DNA of 62,357 bases, filler included, from Rhabdomonas costata (Eukaryota): the NCBI GenBank assembly GCA_019059605.1. It is 28 parts of 28 records of this genome, joined end to end, with 100 filler letters (N's around TTAATTAATTAA, not from the genome) between each part and the next. Parts side by side here need not be neighbours in the genome. Positions count along the whole stretch, not along the records: positions 49,084 to 51,213 come from JAHMHO010005422.1; positions 51,314 to 53,442 come from JAHMHO010005423.1; positions 53,543 to 55,668 come from JAHMHO010005424.1; positions 55,769 to 57,898 come from JAHMHO010005425.1; positions 57,999 to 60,128 come from JAHMHO010005426.1; positions 60,229 to 62,357 come from JAHMHO010005427.1; 22 more parts are not named here. One strand, written 5' to 3'. How positions within the stretch are numbered: position 1 is the stretch's first letter; each line of letters begins with the position of its first letter. Positions 49,084 to 61,026 of the stretch are shown here, piece after piece. Below the pieces are notes generated by a model that did not search any database, had not been told where the DNA came from, and saw only the letters and a list, made by a program, of their open reading frames with translations. A program made the translations under genes and the position numbers.

Positions 49084-50479
49084 GTGTTGGGGTTGGGGCG
49101 CAGGAATCAATTCGGAGTTGTTTGAAGATGGCTGGAGAACCCAGACCTGGCGAAGGCCTTGCCCGCAGCTTTGGTTTAAGAAGGGACCAACGGTGAGGTC
49201 CTCAATGGTAACTGTGCAGCAGCAGCCGTAGAGAGCAGCCGCTACGGTCGCCGGAGACACAGCTGAAGAACAGCCGATGCGCTGCACGATGGCCGAAGCC
49301 AGGCGGCCGGTCAGATAACCCTCAAACGCAGCCGCCGTGGGAGCCTCTCCCGGTAACGCGGATGCCCACAAAGTCTCGAACCGAGCAAGGGCTGCCCATC
49401 CCGTCGTGTTCGCTCCGAGTCCGCTGGAAAACGGCACCACCTGTCAGAACAATACACAAATTAAAAATATGTACATGCATGCAAGACCGTGCATATGCAA
49501 GAAAAGACTGAACTGAAAGGCTCAATAATTGACTGGCTATTTGGCTGGTTGGCTGGTTGATTGGCAGAGCAAATTTAAGATTAAGATAAAAGGACCCTCA
49601 CTGCCCTGGTTAGCCCTCCACAACAAGAGGCAAAAGCATAAACTTAAAGGGCCGCACCGAAGAAGCGAGAACATTGCTCCTCGCCGGTATCCCATCAAAC
49701 AACACCGAGAAATTCTGCAACGATGTGACGCCAAATCGAGTACCGACGAGCACCGGCCTGCTCTGGCACTCCTGTATGAAGGCCGATGCAACTCGATCAG
49801 TGGAGATCACTACCACAGCTTCAGGAACAAATGGAGAGGACTGTGCCAGCATCAGGTCAACATATCCCCCCATGGCGAGAAAATTGGCGCCGCTCGCGTT
49901 AAAGGCTACTAGGCTGAGCAAGCCCAGCCCAGTGGCATTAAATGCATCAATGGAAGTCTGCACTGACGCCTCACCCGTAAAATCAGGCTCGTAAAAAAGT
50001 GCAGCCAATTGCAAGCCCAATTGCACTCTCAGCACGTTAACCAGGGCGAGAACTTCATCAGACTGCGACACTCGAAGAAAAACTACGTTCTCAGATGCTG
50101 GGACACGGTACCCGGCATTGCCTGAGGTGGGGGCAATGCTGGGGATACCACTTGCGCCAGCGAGAGAAACACTGAGGTCCACTGCCACGGTTCCGGTTAC
50201 CCCGACGAGCGCAGCGACACCGAGGCTAAGAAGACTCTCCAAGGAGGTCTGTGCAGCAAGACCTGAAGCAGAGGAATTCCCAACGACCAGGCGGAGGGTG
50301 CGGTCACAACGCTGGGAGGAGGGCATGCTGTTGAACTCCGCAAATGCCAGCCTCAGCCCTCCTTGAATGTCAGCTGCGAAACTTTCAACGACGGAATCGT
50401 GCAGAGTGCCGATCAAAACATCGGTTGAGCCCACCGACGAGAGCAGGAAAAAAATCAATGACCCCGACAGCAACTTCAT
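49084..50479 (-). CDS. Surface protein with a type-1 periplasmic-binding (Venus flytrap) ectodomain, ESAG4/receptor adenylate cyclase-like, 5' part; exons 50479-49658 and 49440-49084
   Basis: Signal peptide MKLLSGSLIFFLLSSVGS, GLRLAFAEFN, ALVG..GT, IPSIAP.SG, FLRVSQSDEV, S|VVP, FEGYLTGRL...LYG...IEDLTVGPF...CGQG. The cytoplasmic domain is not in the contig. Confidence 0.8.
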
Positions 50480-52150
50480 TTTTCTTTTTCCGCTGTGCGT
50501 AGATCCTTGAGAACGCAAATGCGTAGATCACAATAATAAAGACCGACAAAAATCCAGCAAAAAGAAAACAGGCAGAAAGGCTACTGAAAGAAAAACAATC
50601 ACTGATGCAACAAGTGGGTGTCAGCAGTTAGAAAACACAAATTTTTCTAGAAACGATAACCCATGTTGTTGAACCAACTGGGGTCAGTGTGACTGTGAAA
50701 CAGTAATCAGTTATGCCTGCGGATATTTAACCACCATGCCTTTTGTTCACCTCATAGTTACTCTTTCGCTCTAACAAAAGGTTTGATATTGTGGTGCAAT
50801 AATGTTAGTAACACATCGTAGGATAGATAGGATGAGGTCAACACATGCCGTACCATAGCCTACGGTATCAAAAAAAAAAAAGGACATTCACCCTCGAACT
50901 GGCATTATGAAACCCAAAAGCTCCCATGTGTAACTATCGCTCCGAGGCAACGCACCGAAAACGCAATTAATCGGCACAAAATAGCGCAGATGAAGCATAG
51001 CCCACGCAGCCAATGGTGCGATTCGTGCTGCTCTGAGCATAGTGATGCACAGAAGCGGGCAAAGCAGCGGGCCATCACATGACACATAGACCCTCAAAAC
51101 CCGGCGACGTTTTGCTTCTTAGAAGCATGCACCGCACTCTCCAGCCTTCGCTTCCGGGAGCCGGCGTCCCCTAACCTTCCTTCCGGGGATGCATTGAGTA
51201 CCACCCCAACCCCNNNNNNNNNNNNNNNNNNNNNNNNNNNNNNNNNNNNNNNNNNNNTTAATTAATTAANNNNNNNNNNNNNNNNNNNNNNNNNNNNNNN
51301 NNNNNNNNNNNNNGGGGGGTGTGGTGCGTGACCGCTTTCTCACCCCACCCTCATTTTGATTTTTCTTTTAGGTATGGGGAGGTGTGCTGGACTACGTGTC
51401 GATGCAGGACTGCGTGCTCGCGAAGCACCCCGATCGTCTTACCCAGATGCAGGAGCAGATTTTGAGCTCCGGCGGAGTTTGCTGATTCTTTTGCCGAGAG
51501 GATGTCGAAATCTTCGCGGTGGAACGTTTGCAGGATGGCGAGGACTGCCGCTCTTGCGGTCCCATCCCGTGACTTTGCAAATGAGGCCAGGCAACCTGAG
51601 ATTCAGGCTATGGATGTCATGGCCCCTTCTGGTTCCAGCCCCGCGGTGCCGCATTCTTCTGTCAAGCCAGACTCTGCAGGAAGGCGGGCCTCTGTGGAAC
51701 CAGTTGTGACGTCGGGAGGGTGTCAGCAACCAAATCGTGACAATTGGGTTGCGAGACGATTCAATACTTTCAATTTATCTTGTTCTGGGACTGAACATTT
51801 CGAAGAAAAATTTCAAATTTCAAATGATACCTCGATTCCTCGCTCAGTGAGTGGGTGTGTGGGAGCGTCAATTATGGTAATCAGCCTTGGAATCGTATTT
51901 TTGCTCCGATGTTCGCCTCAGTGGCATCTGATTCTGGGATCTACCTAAACTTGAGTTAGCGCCATGCGATAGCATCTGCATCAATATCTGCGATAAGTAA
52001 CGGTCGATTTTTAGCGCTGAAGAATTGTGCTTTATGCTGGGCAGGGTTTTGTACGTTTGCTTGCCCGCAAACAGACACGAACACAATTCATTTCTGTCTC
52101 GCAGGGCCTGTTTCCCCCTCCATTTCCCACCCCCCACCCTTCCAGTCTCC

Positions 52151-53315
52151 ATGCGAGTGCTGGTCCTGGGGGGGACGCAGTTTGTGGGCCGCCACATTGT
52201 GGCCGCCCTGCTGTAGCAGGGTACGCACCACGTGACAGTGCTGAACCGTGGCCGTTCTGAAAACCCGTTTGGAGCCGCGGTGGCTGTGGTGAAGGCTGAC
52301 CGCCACGACCGCGAAAAGGTCCGAAAGCAACCGACGAGGGTCTCCTTCTGTCATACCTGGGCCTAATTACATGATGCTCCCGTCCAGATGTTTTTAGCCA
52401 GACATACGCTCGAATAGTGAGCTTTCACAACGTGTGTGCACTCAGCATAACCTCTGAAAGTGTATTCGTGAAGCACTTATCTGAGCTTCCATGCAGGTGG
52501 ACGGGGGGGAGTTTCTTTCCCGGGGCTGTTTCGGGCAACCTCCCACATGTAGTATAGGCAGGAGGCACGCAGTCTCGCTCACCTCGGACGAAACCCCCTG
52601 TTGTGGCATTTACAGTGTCGAGAAGTGCTCCACTCCTTGCATGGACCGTGGGACGCCGTGGTGGACGTCTCTGGGGTAACCCTAGACCAAGTGCAAGACG
52701 CAGTTGAATGCCTTCCAGAGGTTGCTCACTACATCATCATCTCCTCAGATTCCGTGTACCTCGCCGCGGGGGTGCCCGCGCTTTGCCAGCGGGGCGGTGC
52801 TAGTGTGGGGTCAAGGGTCCGCGAGGAAGAGGTCTCCGCAAGCTCCACTTCGGCTGTTGCTACGGAGAGGGACTGTGCACCTAGGTTAGTGATTCTCTCG
52901 TTTGTTCATTACTTTGTCTTTCCTTTTTCCCTTCCGGATTGTTGGGTGAGCAAAGGGTGGGAAAGTGAAGCCGTGATTCCTGTTTGCAATCTGAGGCCAC
53001 ATAGTATAAACCCTCAGACGCGTGTAGTTTTAGCCGAGTTCGTGGTGTGCGCTTATATTGTGCCAGTTGTGGTAATGTGCAGCAGCTGAAACCCGCATCA
53101 ACGACAGAGCTAATCACTGGTTTGGCACTGAACCTTAACTCTTTTTTCCACACTGTACATTCGTATTCGTATTGTTCATTTTTTTGTAGGAGTGAGCAGC
53201 AGCGATACCGAGAGGAGTATTCGGAAGCGAAGCTTGCCGTGGAGCTGTATTTGCACAAAATGCGCCGCGAGGTGAGCTTCCCTGTCACCATCCTCAGACT
53301 TCCGGATGTCATTGG
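52151..53315 (+). CDS. Atypical SDR / NAD-dependent epimerase-family protein, partial, with in-frame TAG at 52214-52216; exons 52151-52318, 52616-52884, 53190-53315
   Basis: MRVLVLGGTQFVGRHIV...HVTVLNRG...ADRHD, WDAVVDVSG, HYIIISSDSVY, YSEAK (YxxxK), TILRLPDVIG. In-phase GT-AG introns. It may be a pseudogene or a sequence error. Confidence 0.85.
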
Positions 53316-54286
53316 GTATACCTCGCACTTTTGTTCTGTTCGTATCTGAGCAGGTGTTTAGACCTATATGCTGAATTGCAGCTGTCCGAAACGGTCAGAT
53401 GGTCCGGCTCTCGTTGCCACCTCCTCACTCGAACAAACAACCNNNNNNNNNNNNNNNNNNNNNNNNNNNNNNNNNNNNNNNNNNNNTTAATTAATTAANN
53501 NNNNNNNNNNNNNNNNNNNNNNNNNNNNNNNNNNNNNNNNNNTGTGGGTGTGTTTGGGGTGGTTGGGGAAAGCGTCAAAAACATCCTGTTCCACGGTGAG
53601 CTCGCGCCACGGAGGAAATAAAGATCGAATTGGGAGGCAAAAAAGCATTTCCCAGTTCTCGCGCTTGAGCTCGAAGTATCCGGGGGCTGGGAGCATAACG
53701 CTGCACCATGCGCATCTGTGGGGTGTGAGGGTCTATATAACGGAGAAGGACGGGAGAACACAAAGTATGAAGAGATATCAGGCGCTGGCGTTCGATTACA
53801 CGGAAGAGAATATCAGTGAACGCGAGAAACTCGACGCACAATGAGCGGCAATTCTCGCCGATATGGAAAAAAGAAAGGCAGACACAACCCCAGGGAACAA
53901 TAAATGCAAGGCAAGACCTACTCAGGAACCAGCAACCTTGGTTTGAATTCGAATATCTTAGGGAATGATGCGGAAGATCCCCTCCCCCAGCCCCATCTAC
54001 ACAAAAACAGGGTAGGAAAAATAACGGGCGAAAGCGTGCCGAGAGAAGTGCCCCATTTTGTACAATTGGAAGGGGCACTTAGGAGGACATAGAGCCTCGG
54101 GAGCTTCCATTGGTGGCAGCCATTGGTGGCCGCATTAACGGCCGCAGCACTATTGCAGGGCAAGCGTGGTGGAAACCACCTTCTGACGACCGTTGGGGGT
54201 TTCTTGACGTTTGAAAAATCACCCAAAAACCACCAATTTTGGTGGAAAAAACCACTGCAATCGAAAACACCGGTCCGAAGACATAC

Positions 54287-55297
54287 CTCTGGGGAGACAC
54301 CACGCCAGCGGTGCTCTGGGAAGGGCACGCCCTGCTTGATCGCCTCCAGGAGCTTTTGCCGCTCGTCGGAGTTCTGGATGCTCCCACGGAAGGGAGGGGA
54401 GCCGCACAGCAGGATGTACAGCACAATCCCTAAAAAGGTGTGTGTGTGTGTGTTGGGCGCTGGCTGTTGCCTGGTTGACTGTTGGTGACCACTGTGGGCT
54501 GACCGGCGCACGCGCTGTTGGCCTCGCGAGAGGTACCTTCGGAGCGAACGGCGCCGTGGGAGGGGGATACCGGCTCACCACCGAACGTTCCAAACGCGGC
54601 GGCGTCTGTTGTTGAGCGCAGAGCGCGAAGGAAGGCTGAGGAGGAGCTGATTTCTCCGGTCTCGGGTCGGGGGGGGGGGTTAACTTCTGCGCTATTCGGT
54701 TGGTTATGTGTTCGGGTAAGGTGCTGGTTGTTAGGGTGATCACCCCTTAACCCTTCGGTCACACCAATGTGACTTCTTGGGATCTCTTCATGGGCCTTCA
54801 TGGGGACTCGTGGGGGACTCCAGAACTTCCCTTTGTGACATTTTCATGTGGCGCGCTTATTAACTAAATTAAATTAAGGTTGTGAGCCACTTATAAAGCA
54901 AAAAAAGCCATTGCTACTCGTATAAAAAGTTCATGAACCAAAGAACTCGCTGGAATCCGCCCCAAGGACCCGTGGCATTTGAACCTGATGCCATTCCCGC
55001 GGACACTGAACAAATTGAATTCACACACCGCCCCCTCTCTCCCATATCGAAAGCTGCGCAGCTGCAAAGCAATGAAATTGGATGCAATGCATTTTCAATG
55101 CCCTTTGCTTGTCCGTAAATCTCCTCCTCAAAAATACAGCAAGGAGCAAAAGAAGGAGGAAGAAGTGGGTCGATGGGGCAGACCAGTGGACCACATGTCC
55201 AGGGACTTCATGTCCCGCACGTTGGTGGGTCGGGGCTGTGCGCCGTGCTTCTTGATCCCTTCAATAATCTCCGGCGGAAGGTACAGGCTGGTGCCCC
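54287..55297 (-). CDS. CAMK-group Ser/Thr protein kinase, subdomains VIII-X, partial; exons 55297-55184 and 54429-54287
   Basis: GTSLYLPPEII...SLDMWSTG|IVLYILLCGSPPF...FPEHRWRGVSPE. In-phase GT-AG intron. Confidence 0.9.
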
Positions 55298-55774
55298 CTG
55301 AAGCACAGCCCCGGCAGACATACAATTCGTTGCTGGTGCACGGGCGTGTAGGCTGGCAAACGGTGTGCCAGGCCCATAGTTTTTTTTCGGATAAAAAAGC
55401 AAGCCGTTAGGCTCAGTGAGCAACCCCACTCTGGTGCCTCTACCTTTAGGTATGCTAAGCAGTCGCGGACGACAGCTTGGGCAGGGGTGTAAAGGCCAAA
55501 AAGGCACATACCGAATAAAACCTGGTAAATAACAGTTAGTCTAATTTGAAGGATTCGACAGTTATCCACACGGGCGTACATTGGCACTTTGCAAGATGAT
55601 GCACGGTTATCGGCTGTCTACGCACGCAAAACCAAGAGAGACAGAGAGAAAAAGAAAGAAACACAACCNNNNNNNNNNNNNNNNNNNNNNNNNNNNNNNN
55701 NNNNNNNNNNNNTTAATTAATTAANNNNNNNNNNNNNNNNNNNNNNNNNNNNNNNNNNNNNNNNNNNNGGGGTT

Positions 55775-56822
55775 GTTGGCTGCCTGCACGTGGTACCTGA
55801 ACCAATAGCAATACGGACAGACTTATTGAATGCTGGCTGTGGAGGAAAAGACTACCCACAGAGGAAGTAACTTATCTTGTACGTTTAGAAGGAAGCGGAC
55901 GGATAGTGCAACAGAAGTGCGATGTTTAACGAGAATATGCTCTTCTGTTTTAGATTGAAAGGAGATAAGAGCTTCCTTTTGGGTTTGGAAGTGACGGGTA
56001 CTCCGCCAGCATTTAGTCACTACTAGGATATACGCTCACTGGATGTCGACGGGACAGACCACACGCACACACGCAGACCGCCCATCAGTCCACAAAAGGG
56101 CCTTGTCCTGGGTCACTACCGCAGTGCCTGCAAAAGAGGGATTAGCTGCGAGGTGATGCAGCGACTAAGGCACACATGACATACAGAAGCCGCATGCTGG
56201 CTACTAGATACAAGTGCAATCAAATTATGATGGTGCTCCGGATGGGCTGGAATGGGTTGAGTCAGAAATCAGAGCAACATCAATCAATGCAACAGCGAGC
56301 CAAACATTCGAGAGGGATACTGATATTATTCCAGGATAAACCCCGAACCGCGTCTAACACGAACGTTCACCTGCTGAGCCCGTGAAACCAGTCAGGAATT
56401 GCCTGCACCGGAAGTGCTCGGGGACGTACTCACTCTATAGCAAAGGGTACAAGGTAAACCCAGAAACACCTCCCTTGTCCGCCCAACAACATTTCAGATT
56501 GTGCTTTGTAACGAATGTCAGTGCCACCACTGAAAACTCTTTCCGTGAAAGTAGTGGGAGGGAGAAAAATGCAAGAGGCCGTTTAACAGCCCGGAAGATA
56601 CCATTCTTTCATTCACATTACCGTGGAGTTCAATGCAGAAGTCCTTCTTTCTCACATACTTTGAAAAGAAATTCATCCCCCACTGAAGAACCAAGGGGCG
56701 CACATGCATGCCATGTGGGGGTCCGCCGATGTGACGAAAAAGGCGTTCAGGCCCCTCTCAGCCATCAGCTTTCGTAGGGCCTCCACAAGGTGCGCCGTGG
56801 GCCGTTGGGCAGCCGACGACAT
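55775..56822 (-). CDS. Xaa-Pro aminopeptidase (aminopeptidase P, XPNPEP1-like), N-terminal domain; exons 56822-56712, 56434-56371, 56127-56079, 55796-contig end (absent from the ORF track)
   Basis: MSSAAQRPTAHLVEALRKLMAERGLNAFFVTSADPHM|SEYVPEHFRCRQFLTGFTGSAG|TAVVTQDKALLWTDGR|YHVQAA. The first intron is GC-AG. Confidence 0.93.
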
Positions 56823-58599
56823 AGCTGTTTGTCAAAACAGAGCACCCAACACCACCAAAAATAAACGGGAAAACAAAGAATACCCCTGTAACAATCCCAA
56901 ACACAGACCCTTTTCGACCCCCTTTCGGCTATACGCAGAGAAAGTCCGTGAAATTCGAACTGTGCTTCTGAGCCCTGGTTTGGTTTTACATAGTCTTGGA
57001 AGGTCCATGTTGGGACCTTGTCAGCGGTGGTCTCAGGCCGTGGAAGATGAACACCGGGCTTTTCGTCTGCGTGGGCTTGAGGACCTAAATCGCGGTGGAC
57101 GCTTTGATTTGGCGAACTCAAGAAGTAGGATTGTGAGCAATCTAGTGCACACCAAACACCAGTTTCTCCCCTGTAAAACTCCTGAAGACCCAAATTCAGA
57201 AAAGAAAATGTTAAAACTTGGCTTGAAAAGAGACTCAAATCAAGATAAGGGCGAAGTTCAGGTGCTTTGGCATACCAACGAGCTTGGTTGACAATGGTTT
57301 TGGGGGTATGCTTTCCAGAACAAAGAGAGGTCACCACCTTTTTGCAGCTCAGTGTAAATTTTTATCCTCCCGAAAAACCTCTACTAAGTCTACTAAGTCC
57401 GAAGTGTCTCATTTTTGGGACAAAAAGACACACCAAACGAGAGCCTCATAAGTTCACCAAATAGAAGCAGCCCACCGCGATATCTCGGTCGCCCGCGGCC
57501 AGGGCCTCCACTCTTCTCTTCGCCTTTTTCCAATCAATGGTTCTTCACGCTCACTCCCTGTGCCCCCATGATCCTTTCAATTTTTCGCCGCCCTCCCCGT
57601 CTCCTGCATAACATAACTCCGAAATGGAGCCTGGGCAACCGTGCCCTGTGGAATTCGGTGTGTTCTCTCAATGTGGAACTACTGCCTTTCGGGAGGTCCC
57701 GACATCTGTCTTTTTCCGCCACACTGATTGCGATGATGGAAACCCGAATATTTTTGAAATCTACTACTTCTCCAAGGTGGGGTACAATTAGGCGAAAGTG
57801 ATAAGATAGACGATAGATGATCTCATTAAAAGAATTCTTGTTTCCCAAATTTCGCCTCTCCTTGCCATAAGTTTCCTTTCGGGTCACTCAACCAAACCNN
57901 NNNNNNNNNNNNNNNNNNNNNNNNNNNNNNNNNNNNNNNNNNTTAATTAATTAANNNNNNNNNNNNNNNNNNNNNNNNNNNNNNNNNNNNNNNNNNNNTG
58001 TTTTGGGGGTGGAAGTGCCACGCTGGGGATGGGCTCGACGGGTGACGGAAGGTCTCGGGCGTGGACCTGGGGACGCACTGTCTCCACGGGAGTGGTCTCC
58101 AGACACTGTGAAGCAGGCAATAATTGCAGGCGCGTGGTCAGCTTTTTGGACAAAGGGTGAAGAGCGAGGCATTAAATTGAGAGTGGCGGTGAAAATTACG
58201 AGTAAAACACTTTGGGTTATTTTGCTATGCTGTGTCATTCTAGCTTGAAGCCTTATGGTTTCAGGGTTCCGGTCATCCAAATGAAAGTATCAAATAATTA
58301 CCCAGCAATGCCCACCAAAAAAGGAACAACCTTGATGACCCCTCTTTCAACCCCTCATGGAGCAAAGTTGGATGATTCGTCGAATTGTGAACCATCAGAA
58401 GAAAAAGAATTTGGAAAAGAGTGCCTAAATTCAGCTCAAAGAAGAAAGCCCACCTTGAGTGCATCTCTCTGCATTTCACTCTATTCGGCAGAAGGCTTGC
58501 GAGTCTACGGAACTTTACGCAACTTCCTTTACGGAACTGTTCTGTTCGCGGAGCTTACAGATGCTGTCTCGCATGTAGGGGTCCCCCATTCCCAAGATG

Positions 58600-60128
58600 A
58601 GCAACCTCTTCTGAGCACGCCTCAGACGATGAGCACCCTTGAAGCCCGCTGGCCAGAGAGTCCAGGGTTGGCCGGAAGGCCAAAAGCACCCGAGGGTGCA
58701 GCAAAAGGGTCCGCAAGTGTTGCATTGGATGCTTGGAGCACTTATTCACGGTTCGCAAGACTGAACCTCTCGCTCAAACAAAAAGAAAACTTACCAAGGT
58801 CACAACAGGCTCAGCTAGATAATCCCCTTTGCAGGAGGACATAAATCGAAACGTGTGTGTGTGCGTGTGTGCACAGTGCACATCGATAAACTCTCGGATT
58901 TCCACTTCGCCCTGCCAAAAGCACCGAAGCACAATGAGAATCCGCTCGATCGACCTGGATCGATTCTTACGGCTCAGTAGGGAGTGGAAAGCGTCCCAGA
59001 ACGACGGTGAGGACAACAAGAGCACTCGCGGGTCACGTGCTTGCCTTCGCCAGCAAGGGGAACGACACAAGCAACCAGTATCTTGCAGAAAGGCCCTCCA
59101 GTTGATTGCAGGATTCCCTTCGGCATGGTTTGCATTAGATTCCGGTGAAATCAAAACTCCGCTGCGCAAATCGGCATACTTCAAGAAATCAAACGGGCAT
59201 TGAATAGTCAGAGCACGAGGACCTATCCTTCGCCCGTCACATCGAGCACCAAAACACATCAAAGACAAGGAAAGTCCAAGTGCTACAGGATAGCGCTGTC
59301 CACAGAGTTCCTCTGAAACACGGCCGCGCAAGAGCCCCAGTTCTACGGCACCAGCGTCATCCCGTACACACAAAAACAAGCACAACGATCTTGATGAAGG
59401 GCGAGGGGGGGGGGAAAGCTCTACTCCAACAGCACCGGCGAGAGGGCATCACGAGGATATGTGTGGTTGAGTATGTAAGAGAAAGAGGGAAAGAGAGACA
59501 GAGGATGGCCAGAAATCGGGCCGGGCCCCAGTGAGAATGAATGGCAAGCCATCCAACAGCAACCGATTAGAATGAGAGAGAGAGAGGAGCCATGGACATG
59601 GCCAAGGCCCCAAGAAGGCAACCGAGAGGCAGCGGCTCATGAGGCAACCCTTCAAGAGAGTAGTAGGTGTGCAATGTCGGCGATTGAGCGGCTGCCGCTG
59701 GTTTGTGGACACTATGGCGAAGGAGGCGGTATGGCACAAGTCTTGGAAGAGGTCTTGCAACGCTTGAGACACCACACAACGCCAGTCCGGAAGGGATGTG
59801 GAAGCCGTCGTGGGTGCTGCTCCAAACACGGAATACCTGCGGAGGGTAGGGATTAGGGACACACCCAACAGGTTAGAAAGCAAAAAAAAGCAGACTGCAG
59901 CACAAGCACACAACAGCCGATGACTTTCCATTGTTGCATAACCGAACCCGAGTGGCGAAGTGGAACACCAAGAAAACACCACAGCAAAAGACTGTACCAA
60001 GGTGGGTTGCACATAGCACTCGTCCGACAGCTTCAGTCGAGCTGATCGGGGTTGGCCCAGCGCAGAAGAGGTCACCGGGGGCAGCCGCACCGACCGAGGG
60101 GTCTTGCGGCGGGTCGTCAGAGCGCGGC
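58600..60128 (-). CDS. Probable multi-exon hypothetical protein (structure unresolved)
   Basis: Open blocks bounded by AG/GT (RLKLSDECYVQPTL|gtacag; cag|VFRVWSSTHDGFHIPSG; DYLAEPVVTL|gtaagt). No family confidently recognised. Confidence 0.35.
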
Positions 60129-60231
60129 NNNNNNNNNNNNNNNNNNNNNNNNNNNNNNNNNNNNNNNNNNNNTTAATTAATTAANNNNNNNNNNNNNNNN
60201 NNNNNNNNNNNNNNNNNNNNNNNNNNNNGTT

Positions 60232-61026
60232 GGTTGTGCCATCATCACCAACCACAAGGGTATTGATATGCTCCCCATCAAGCCTGGTACATTTTTGTTT
60301 TTTACCCACGAACAGTCTGACTGTCTCCTCGTGCAACGTACTCACCTTTTGTGTGCCTCAAAGGGTCTTCCACGAAGCCAGCAATGGGTTGGGACTGCGC
60401 CGTGGTCACGGACAAGGGTGAGGTGGCGAAGCCCGGCGAAAAGGGCGTGATGATTGTGAGGCCACCTCTTCCTCCGGGCGCCCTGATGACCGTGTGGGGC
60501 GATGATCAGGCGTTCGCCGAGGTCTACTTCTCGAAGTTCAAGCCGAACTACTACAGGTGTGGGGTGGGGGCTTCAGTTTCAGTTTGCACACACGCACACA
60601 CCTGAGGAAAAGATGTGAGTAAAAATCCTCACCTGGCCGTCAGTTACTCAGTGACTTCTTCCACATTCTTATCAGCGGTGACTTCGCCATCAAGGACGCC
60701 GACGGGTACTACTGGATGCTCGGTCGCGCTGATGAGGTCATCAACGTGTCTGGGCACCGAATGGGCACTCGGGAGGTGGAAGAGGTGTGTCTTGAGACCC
60801 AAAACCTATGCTTGGCCCAAAACCCATGCGCACGGGCATTCTGCTGAATCAATGTTAAACTCTCAGGTTATTAGCGATCACCCCAAGGTGGCTGAGTGCT
60901 CCTGCATTGGCATCGATGACGCGCTGACCGGCCAGGCCATTGCCGCGTTTGTCGTGCTGAAGATGGGAGTCCCCAACACCCCAGAGATGAAGGCGGATAT
61001 CAACAACCTGATTCGCAATCGCATTG
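60232..61026 (+). CDS. Short-chain acyl-CoA synthetase (propionate-CoA ligase PrpE/ACSS3-like), partial; exons ~60232-60286, 60364-60556, 60676-60784, 60867-61026
   Basis: PIKPG|SSTKP.MGW...[16 protein letters not shown]...YFS...[49 protein letters not shown]...[14 protein letters not shown]. Three in-phase GT-AG introns. Confidence 0.92.
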
